Below, in pieces: positions 37,572-45,134 of a DNA stretch of 64,000 nucleotides. The notes beneath the pieces are model-generated. The model was not told the DNA's origin and ran no database searches. It saw nothing but the letters and a program-made list of their open reading frames with translations. The stretch covers positions 21,504 through 85,503 of the forward strand of contig JBBQBB010000006.1 of the NCBI GenBank assembly GCA_038317095.1, read 5' to 3'. The DNA comes from Bacteroidia bacterium (GTDB taxonomy: Bacteria > Bacteroidota > Bacteroidia > NS11-12g > UBA955). Position numbers and translations under genes: made by a program. The first letter of the stretch is position 1. Every line of letters starts with the position of its first letter.

Positions 37572-38510
37572 TTATTTAGGGTTCATTTGCGCCAAATCGT
37601 TTAATGTTTCTTTCATTCCTTTTTCATATGGCGTTGCCATTATACCAAAGCGTTTTTCAAATTTATCACTATTTAATTTGTATGGAATTTCAAATTGATA
37701 TTGCATTTCATAAACTTCTCGCAGAATGGGAATAAATATGCCTAACACACGCACCATAAAAGGCTGAATATTGCTGTAAGATGTAGATTTCCCCATTTCT
37801 TTTGCTACCAAATTTACCCAATCTTCGCCAGTAAATCCGCGTTTTTCTGTGGGCAAATTCCATATTTGATTGTATGCATCGGGTGTGTTTCCTAGCAGTG
37901 CCATCGCTTTTCCTGCATCTTCAGAATAGGTATAAGTATGTGGTACTTTTGGATAGCCAATCCATTGGGCTTTTTTGTTTTTTATAAATTGATTGTATGT
38001 TGCAATCATTACCAAACTTAACTCTGTGGAAGGTCCATAATAATCTGCACAACGTGCGATAATGGCTTCCACTTTTCCTGCTTGCATATCGTCTAGAATC
38101 ATCTGGTCAATTTCTTTTCTCACTGCGCCTTTTTTACTAAAAGGTTTCATGTTCGATTCTTCAGTTATGTTTCCAATTTCAGCAGTATCTATGGCATATA
38201 CGTTGTCAACAAAAACCAATTTACACTTATATTTTGCGCAAGCATCCAATACATTTCGCATCAATACCGGCCATTCTTTTCTCCAGGTTTTAATGTCGTA
38301 TTTAAGTCCAATGCATAAGTAGGCAACATCACTTCCTTCTATGGCTTTGTAAACATCTTCCTTGAGAGTTAAATCTGCCGAAAGCAATTCGTCATTCTGA
38401 TTTACCTTTTTTGGATTTCTAGAAACCAAGCGAATGTTGGTCTTGAATTTGGGAAGTTCTTTGGCCAATGCCTGGCCGATAACGCCGTTTGACCCGAGTA
38501 TGGTTTGCAT
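37572..38510 (-). CDS. NAD(P)-dependent epimerase/dehydratase-family (extended SDR) oxidoreductase
   Basis: MQTILGSNGVIGQALAKEL (a Rossmann GxxGxxG variant). I chose the start at ATG 38510 instead of the track start 38630. Confidence 0.7.
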   Translation of the reverse strand: MQTILGSNGVIGQALAKELPKFKTNIRLVSRNPKKVNQNDELLSADLTLKEDVYKAIEGSDVAYLCIGLKYDIKTWRKEWPVLMRNVLDACAKYKCKLVFVDNVYAIDTAEIGNITEESNMKPFSKKGAVRKEIDQMILDDMQAGKVEAIIARCADYYGPSTELSLVMIATYNQFIKNKKAQWIGYPKVPHTYTYSEDAGKAMALLGNTPDAYNQIWNLPTEKRGFTGEDWVNLVAKEMGKSTSYSNIQPFMVRVLGIFIPILREVYEMQYQFEIPYKLNSDKFEKRFGIMATPYEKGMKETLNDLAQMNPK

Positions 38511-38813
38511 GTATTTGTGGTTTCTGTTTGCAAAAGTAGTATTTATGCTAAAATAACTTAGATAAAGCCGATAGAATGTATGGATTCGCTGGGTGGGTAA
38601 TACGAAAAGGTAGGTGAATGGCAAATACAAACTATTTCTGGAGGAGAGTTTTCCATGCGGTTACATTGCACAAAAGACATCATGAAATCTAATTTTGCCA
38701 AATCAAAGATATCACCCATCAAAAATTGCGTTTCGCAAACCCAAACCTACGTTTCACAGGTTTTAGACATAATGTACACCGGCAGTTCCTTTTTTTGAAT
38801 TACAATTAAAACC

Positions 38814-40145
38814 ATGAAAAAAACAGGCATCGTCTTCCTCTCTCTTCTCACCCTTTGTTCAAGCGCTTTCGCACAAATTAAAGGGGGTAATTTACAAATA
38901 GTAGATTGCGTTTCTCTGAATTTTGTAAGCTCAAGTTTCAACGTTGAAGGGGGGAACATGCAATTTAAAAGCAATTCCACCGTGGATGTTGAAATGTCCG
39001 TAGTAGATAAAAAAGGTGCAATTATATCGATGGAAATTGGATTGTTGGTGTACGACGATAAAGGCAACAAAACAAAATTTACTTCCGCCGCCAAATTGAA
39101 TGTGAAAACCGGCTTATTTGAGGCTCAAATTAAATTGAGCAGCAAATACGATGCTGATTTTGTAGGGGGTGAGGCCAATTGCGATTTGCTTAATACTTCT
39201 GGAGACAAGCGAAGCGTTACCCAAAGCTTGGCTAAGGATGCAGATTTTACCAATTTCGAAATCTTATTAAATGGCCATAAAAGACCCGCCAAATATGGCC
39301 AATGTTGGGTTTTTGCAAGCACATCCTCTAATTCATCTTCATTTATTGATCTAAAAGATTTGGATGTGGAATGTACCATATCAAAAGATGCAAACGGCAA
39401 ACCCATTTTTGGGGCGGTACTTGGATTAAATACTACGCAGAACGACAAAGCCGTTCCCTTGTCTGATGTGCTAGAATGGGGCCAAGTAAGTGCTATCGCT
39501 GTCGTTACAATATCCAATGATGAAGGACAATCCTACACAATGAAAATCCAACCCCGGGGTTTGTTTGGAAAGTGGACTTTTGACGACTCACGTAGCATCG
39601 ACAACAGCAAAACCCCATGGAATATTAGCAACATTGATTTCCAGTTTACAAATTCTTGCAAAGAAACTTTTGATGTAAAAACCGAATATAAAAAAGGACG
39701 TGACAATTCAACTTGGAGTTTTCATGTATGGAATGAAAGGTGGAAAATAAATCAAACGCGCTACGACAATTTTGCCATTGATATTGTTTCTGTAGGCCGG
39801 GGTGATATTAAAGGAACCTTTGGCATGACTTTCGAATTTGCATTTGAAAGCGGAAGCGCAACGCCAAAAAGTGTAGTTACAATTGCTGAAATTGTAAACT
39901 GCAAAGGCGAAGTAAAGTACATTGAAATAAAAATGACCTACAACGCAAAAACTGGCAATTGGTATGGCGCTGAGCAATTTACTCAAGTGAAAGAGTGTAT
40001 ATGGGCATTAAGCAATATGCGTACTAAAGTAACAAATGATGCTGCAGATGTAATATGCTTTAAACCCAAAAAGAAACCAGAAGTACGAACTACAACAATG
40101 GAATTTTTGGTAGAGGATTTTAGGTATAAAGTGGATCATAAATGA
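38814..40145 (+). CDS. hypothetical secreted protein (443 aa), no recognisable domain
   Basis: Clear signal peptide MKKTGIVFLSLLTLCSSAFAQ. Long uninterrupted ORF, with a terminator hairpin downstream. Confidence 0.55.
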   Translation: MKKTGIVFLSLLTLCSSAFAQIKGGNLQIVDCVSLNFVSSSFNVEGGNMQFKSNSTVDVEMSVVDKKGAIISMEIGLLVYDDKGNKTKFTSAAKLNVKTGLFEAQIKLSSKYDADFVGGEANCDLLNTSGDKRSVTQSLAKDADFTNFEILLNGHKRPAKYGQCWVFASTSSNSSSFIDLKDLDVECTISKDANGKPIFGAVLGLNTTQNDKAVPLSDVLEWGQVSAIAVVTISNDEGQSYTMKIQPRGLFGKWTFDDSRSIDNSKTPWNISNIDFQFTNSCKETFDVKTEYKKGRDNSTWSFHVWNERWKINQTRYDNFAIDIVSVGRGDIKGTFGMTFEFAFESGSATPKSVVTIAEIVNCKGEVKYIEIKMTYNAKTGNWYGAEQFTQVKECIWALSNMRTKVTNDAADVICFKPKKKPEVRTTTMEFLVEDFRYKVDHK

Positions 40146-40216
40146 GCAAAATGAATCCAAAACAGAATTAATTGGCGCTGTTTTAGAAGAGAATTAACTT
40201 AATATTTGCCCAAGAA

Positions 40217-40245
40217 AAGCGGAATTTATTCCGCTTTTTCTTTTT
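40217..40245. terminator. rho-independent (bidirectional) terminator hairpin
   Basis: aaaAGCGGAATttATTCCGCTttttcttttt lies between the convergent genes ending at 40145 (+) and 40266 (-). Confidence 0.7.
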
Positions 40246-40265
40246 AAAAATTTCAATTTACTTTC

Positions 40266-40586
40266 TTACCAAAACTCATCCGGATTTGCCTTTTTAAAAG
40301 CTTTTAAATCGGCGATAAACATTTCTATAGTCCGCGCATCTGTGGGAACTTCTTCTGGGTTTTTTACAGATACAAATTCGTGATAATCGTCATCTTCTTC
40401 GGGGTCTGTATTTCCACAAAGGCTGGCTATGCCCAAGCGGTTGGGAATAAACAATTCTGCGTCTATCAGTTCGGCCACAATGCGCGCCTCCGCATCTGCA
40501 AGGCTAATTCCATTGGGGTTGGCAAAAACAACTGTCCCCAAGGTTTTGGTGGTTTCGGTTGGGCGGTGTAGGTAGTGGAGGAGCAT
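40266..40586 (-). CDS. hypothetical acidic 106-aa protein, tightly coupled to the upstream HNH nuclease gene
   Basis: ATG lies 6 bp after the HNH stop. Acidic patches DPEEDDDYHEF and EEVPTD. I recognise no domain. G+C is higher than in the HNH gene. Confidence 0.5.
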   Translation of the reverse strand: MLLHYLHRPTETTKTLGTVVFANPNGISLADAEARIVAELIDAELFIPNRLGIASLCGNTDPEEDDDYHEFVSVKNPEEVPTDARTIEMFIADLKAFKKANPDEFW

Positions 40587-40592
40587 GGTTTT

Positions 40593-41321
40593 TTAACTTG
40601 CTAGCAATTTCTTTAATCCTTCAATACTTAAAGTATCAATTCTGCGATGCAACATGCGATGGCAATTGGAGCAAACCAAAGCTAAGTCTAGAAGTGAAGT
40701 TTTTGAACTGCTTGTGAATTCAGAAAGCGGTGTCCTGTGGTGGCATTCAATGTATTTGAAACCGAGTTCCCCATATTTAACATTAAAATCAAATTCACAT
40801 GCTTCACAAAGTAATTTACCTTCAGTTTGAAACACAAAATCTTTCTTTTTAAATATGATTTTCGAATCACGTTCTCTGAATTTATGGAGTTTGTAAATAA
40901 CGGCACCTTCTTGCACTGTGTTGATTTCACCACCTTCTTCCTCTTCTGGAATTAAGTAAAGTTGATTCGGAAGTTCTGCGTCATTTGCTATTTTTCGAAT
41001 ATGGTTGGCAATTGCATGAAGTTTTTCATTATTAAATTGAAATTCTTCAAATACTTTTCTATCCAATTGACTAAAAGATTGCATTCCCTTGCCATGATAG
41101 TTAGCATCTAGGGCCAAAAAGTTACTTAATTTTAAACTCACACCGTTTGAATTTCTGAACTTCACCTCATCTGGTCGAATATCAAAAATGGGCAGGCGAT
41201 TTAACAGTCTAGAAAGTTCCTGAATTTCAGGGTTGCGCGAATGAATTTGCCCAGCTTCTAACCTCCAATACAAATCCAACGCTAAAATGATTTCATCTCT
41301 ATGCCAGGCCGGGTTGCGCAA
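40593..41321 (-). CDS. McrA/COG3183-type HNH endonuclease with an N-terminal sensor-like domain
   Basis: C-terminal CEACEFDF..YIECHHRTPLSE..LALVCSNCHRMLHRR (HNH/His-Me finger with two CxxC pairs). The N-terminus is WHRDEIILALDLYWRL..NPEIQELSRLLNRLPI..KFRNSNGVSLKLSNF. TTG start; an in-frame stop lies 7 codons upstream. Confidence 0.8.
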   Translation of the reverse strand: MRNPAWHRDEIILALDLYWRLEAGQIHSRNPEIQELSRLLNRLPIFDIRPDEVKFRNSNGVSLKLSNFLALDANYHGKGMQSFSQLDRKVFEEFQFNNEKLHAIANHIRKIANDAELPNQLYLIPEEEEGGEINTVQEGAVIYKLHKFRERDSKIIFKKKDFVFQTEGKLLCEACEFDFNVKYGELGFKYIECHHRTPLSEFTSSSKTSLLDLALVCSNCHRMLHRRIDTLSIEGLKKLLAS

Positions 41322-41369
41322 AATTATTTGGTGATTTTCCTTTTATTATTGCCTTATAATCCATACAAA

Positions 41370-41588
41370 TTATTTTATGTTTTGCAAGTCCAACACTCCA
41401 ATATGGCTTACACAGTAATCTGAAAAAATATTTTCAAATATTTTTATTTTAAAATCGGAACTACCCAATCGTATTGTTGAAAAAACTTCTATTCTATCAT
41501 CTGTGCTTAAAAGATTAAGTTTATCGTTATCGCGAAAGAAATTCATAAAATCGTTTCTAGTGATTTCTTTTTCCTTTTGTTCATCCAT
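41370..41588 (-). CDS. hypothetical 72-aa protein
   Basis: ATG ORF, co-oriented and 48 bp upstream of the HNH gene. Very AT-rich. I recognise no domain. Confidence 0.35.
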   Translation of the reverse strand: MDEQKEKEITRNDFMNFFRDNDKLNLLSTDDRIEVFSTIRLGSSDFKIKIFENIFSDYCVSHIGVLDLQNIK

Positions 41589-41780
41589 GGGAGGGTATAT
41601 ATTTCGATTTTAAGATTTAAGTTGGCTAATTAAACTATGGTTTTGCAAGGCGAATATAATATGACTCCAATAATATTAGACAATATATTTTGGTAAAATA
41701 ATAATTATTGTATTAAAGATTACGAGGTTTTAAAATTAAGGCAATTTGTGGAACCAAACCCCACGCCCTACCTTCGCGCC

Positions 41781-42344
41781 ATGCAATTTTCCGAGATGGA
41801 TTCTGAAATAAACCCGCAATTGGTGGGAGAATGGCAACTGCGGGATGCCGAAAAACAGCTGCCTAGCAACTTGTTTATGCAAATTAAAGACAGCGGCGAG
41901 GTATATGAAGGTACCAGGGATATTGATGTGGCTTTGATAGAGGGGGGGCGCAAGCTTCGTGTGGGTGTGGAAAGCAGTCCTCACCATTCTATTTTTGAAA
42001 GGGAAGGCAATGGCCTAGGAGGGTATGAAGGGGTGTGGCAAATGTGGGCAGAAGACCGCCGCAAATTGTTGGAAGAAGAACAGTGGCGCGCAGATGGCAG
42101 GTATATTGCCTTGTTTGACGGTAATGATTTTGCCTTTACCGGAAAATTCAAGGTAGAAAATGACCGCTTAACTTCTTATGAACTTACCTATTGTTTGTCG
42201 CCCATTGCGGATGAAATATTTCAATTGTTTTGCTTAACGGGTGGCGTTTTTACCTGCACATGGCATGTGGCAGATGGCAAAATGCATTTGGTGGATGAGG
42301 TGGGGAAAGAGACTGTTTGGGAAAAAGTGGAGCCGTGGTTTTGA
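41781..42344 (+). CDS. hypothetical protein (about 187 aa), compositionally atypical (G+C-rich)
   Basis: Uninterrupted ORF. I chose ATG 41781 (MQFSEMDSE) over GTG 41748. I recognise no domain. Confidence 0.5.
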   Translation: MQFSEMDSEINPQLVGEWQLRDAEKQLPSNLFMQIKDSGEVYEGTRDIDVALIEGGRKLRVGVESSPHHSIFEREGNGLGGYEGVWQMWAEDRRKLLEEEQWRADGRYIALFDGNDFAFTGKFKVENDRLTSYELTYCLSPIADEIFQLFCLTGGVFTCTWHVADGKMHLVDEVGKETVWEKVEPWF

Positions 42345-42403
42345 TAAATTCTAAATTTGACCTTGTATTGATGCGTTTGGCATAAACAATATTTTTTCTA
42401 TTT

Positions 42404-43861
42404 TTAGTCCGAAGCTGCAGAAAAAAACAGCAACCATATTTTATCACAATCGTGTTTGTTTTTCATTTTATACAAATATTCACCCGTATTTTTCTTAAAT
42501 GCGGTTGAAACAGCAAATGTTGAATTGAGTAGATAATCATGGCGGTTGCCCATATTTAATGGCGCCCAATTGTAACTTTCATCCAGCCGAACAGAAATTT
42601 CTGGCGCGCTGCAGCCAATGGCCAAGATGATGATATTTTCTCCGGAAGTTTTAATTTTTCCTATAATCGAATCTGTCCTGTTTTTTTGGATTTCTATTTC
42701 GCCATTAAATGTATAGCCCCTATTGATGACGTCCTCTTTTTGGGACGATTTAATGTAGTCTAAATTGCATTGTGTTTTTTGGGCAATGCATTTCCAGCCC
42801 AGTATGCTTTTTACCCTTTCTTCTGGCAGTGCCGAGGAATAAATGTCCTGAAAAATAGAATCTTTGAGAAACAACGATTCGGGGTACAATGCGTTGGTCA
42901 CCAGTTTAGTATCGTCGGTACTGCGGACAATCATATATACCGGAATTCCATTTTTTAAACCTGGTTGAAATCCAAATCTTAGCATGGGGAAGGTGTACCA
43001 AAGAAAACGAAAACCACGAATGTTGTTTTTTTTGTAATGTGGAGTTACTTGCACATTTTTGCCAGCAAACAGGCCTGGGTATATATTGTCTATGAAAGCT
43101 TTCATGGGCAAATCATTGTAATCTTTTTCTTCCATGTAAAATTCAATTTGGTGCAGTTCTCGGATATCGGTAGAAACATCGGCAAAGGCAGAGTCAAACC
43201 AACCGCTGATGGTATTTTTAGCACCTTTCCAAATCGCAGTATTTTGCTGTGCAACCAATGCTTTTTTTAACTGTGCCAAGGGATAGCTCCAATTAGAATC
43301 AGCGGAGAATGCAGCTTGATCTCTTTTCTTTTTTGTGGCTGTAGGGCCGTATGGGTTTGCAATGGGTGTGGTGCAATTGATTTTTTGGTGGGTAACGCCG
43401 ACACATGCATTTGGGACTGTGAAAACTGGCAACGTATCTTTAAAATGACTGAATGGGCGTTGCGCATCCGTTTTGAAATCTTTAATATAAGAAGTTATGC
43501 TAAATTGGAATACTTTTGTGAAAGAAAAGTCTGTAGCAATTGAAATGGAAACAGATCTGAAACGCACAAGAATGGTTTTCTTTTTTGATTTGGGATTGTA
43601 ACTTACCATCAATAGTTTTTGAAAATTTTCAGACCAATGCCAAATTAAAGTATCGGTTTTTTTTATTTTCGGCATGAGATTTTTATTCAATTTTAAAAAG
43701 GTATCTCTTTCTGCGTTGCCTAGTAAAAAATGGAAACTTTTTACCTTTCCATTATTTTGGATTACTGCAATTTTAGGTCCGTAACAATCCATAGAACACT
43801 GTGCGGATGCACCAGCAACCCAAAAGAAGAAAAACAATCCGAGAATACAATATTTTAGCAT
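42404..43861 (-). CDS. hypothetical secreted protein (about 485 aa), no recognisable domain
   Basis: I chose the start at MLKYCILGLFFFFWVAGASAQ (signal peptide, ATG 43861). The track's extra 51 N-terminal codons look non-coding. Confidence 0.55.
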   Translation of the reverse strand: MLKYCILGLFFFFWVAGASAQCSMDCYGPKIAVIQNNGKVKSFHFLLGNAERDTFLKLNKNLMPKIKKTDTLIWHWSENFQKLLMVSYNPKSKKKTILVRFRSVSISIATDFSFTKVFQFSITSYIKDFKTDAQRPFSHFKDTLPVFTVPNACVGVTHQKINCTTPIANPYGPTATKKKRDQAAFSADSNWSYPLAQLKKALVAQQNTAIWKGAKNTISGWFDSAFADVSTDIRELHQIEFYMEEKDYNDLPMKAFIDNIYPGLFAGKNVQVTPHYKKNNIRGFRFLWYTFPMLRFGFQPGLKNGIPVYMIVRSTDDTKLVTNALYPESLFLKDSIFQDIYSSALPEERVKSILGWKCIAQKTQCNLDYIKSSQKEDVINRGYTFNGEIEIQKNRTDSIIGKIKTSGENIIILAIGCSAPEISVRLDESYNWAPLNMGNRHDYLLNSTFAVSTAFKKNTGEYLYKMKNKHDCDKIWLLFFSAASD

Positions 43862-44100
43862 GAATACAATTTTAGTAAAGACAAATTTAAGCGCGAAAAT
43901 GTTGCCAACGGAAATTATTATTTTGGTAAATCTGATAAAGTGTGTTTTGGCATGTTGTTTAGCGGAGCAGCAGCAGCCGGCATGTGCATCGGAAGCTAAA
44001 GATTGTTGTTTCACAAAAAATGTTTAGACAATCAACCAGAAGTACATGACAACGGTGTGATCAAAATTATTTTATTGCCGGAATTTTCAACATTTCTGAA

Positions 44101-45072
44101 TTATTTAGCTTCCTCTCTGCCTTTTATTTTATTCAAATCTTTGGCTTTTTCTGCATCATCGTCTTCTTTGTTGCTTTTTAGTTCATCTGCAAATTCATCA
44201 AGGTTGGGCTGACCCGCATTTACCCACGCAGTATACCAGAATGATGCCAAGGTGAATATGCTTGCCCGCATCCTTCTTTCAACCATTTTTTGCATTAAAT
44301 CTTCATAATCTTTACAGTACTTTTCAGAATAAGTTTCAATTGCATTTCTACCGCTAAAACCAATGCTGTATTTGTCTGCTGGGTGCAGGTTAGTAGCGGA
44401 TATTTCCATTTTAAAAACAGAATCTGTACAGGCGAAACTTTCGCCCATTCTATCCCAAATATATTCAGACGGATTTACCAAGTATTGCACGGTTCCGGTG
44501 AATAGATTAAAACTGTCCAAAAACAATTGTGGGATTCTACTTTCCCACAATGCGTGTATGCCTTCTTGCCCCGTTTTTTGGCCGTTATAGTTACTACTGG
44601 CATGCAATGGCACATGTGCATCGGCAATGTAATGTCCTATATCTGCACTGTATTTGAGTATTTTTTGTAGGTCTTGATCTTCAAAAGCTTTGGTCAATCT
44701 TTGTTGCACAAGCATAATATGCCAAGGCACAATTCCATGTGCCTTCAGGCTGTCCTCGCTGTATTTTTCAATGGCTTTAAACCAATTGTGTGGCAGCGTA
44801 TCTAGTGGTGCTGTTTTTTCATAATGATCGCAGTCTAGATAGTGATGGCAAGCTTCGTCTTCGAAAAGATATCTTCTATTGTCGGGGTCTACGGCATGTT
44901 GGGTAATGTAATCTATATATTTTTTATAAAACCCAAATATTTCTGGCGGCAAAGCAAATACCGCCTGTTTGTTGATGGTTCTATGGCCTAAAAAGCCCCA
45001 GGCATAAGTTGGAATTGCCAACCCAAACAGGCACAAATAGGTGAAAGATTTCAGCATAAAAGCGCTTTTCAT
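44101..45072 (-). CDS. zinc-dependent phospholipase C / P1-nuclease superfamily protein
   Basis: The signal peptide is followed by AWGFLGHRTINKQAVFALPPE. Later motifs are HHYLDCDHY and GHYIADAHVPLHASSNYNGQ, with metal-ligand His/Asp patterns typical of this superfamily. Lys/Glu-rich tail. Confidence 0.55.
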   Translation of the reverse strand: MKSAFMLKSFTYLCLFGLAIPTYAWGFLGHRTINKQAVFALPPEIFGFYKKYIDYITQHAVDPDNRRYLFEDEACHHYLDCDHYEKTAPLDTLPHNWFKAIEKYSEDSLKAHGIVPWHIMLVQQRLTKAFEDQDLQKILKYSADIGHYIADAHVPLHASSNYNGQKTGQEGIHALWESRIPQLFLDSFNLFTGTVQYLVNPSEYIWDRMGESFACTDSVFKMEISATNLHPADKYSIGFSGRNAIETYSEKYCKDYEDLMQKMVERRMRASIFTLASFWYTAWVNAGQPNLDEFADELKSNKEDDDAEKAKDLNKIKGREEAK

Positions 45073-45134
45073 AAAATAGCAAAAAAAGTTAAAAATTACA
45101 ATGGTAGATGAATGAAAAAAATGTTTTTTAAGTG

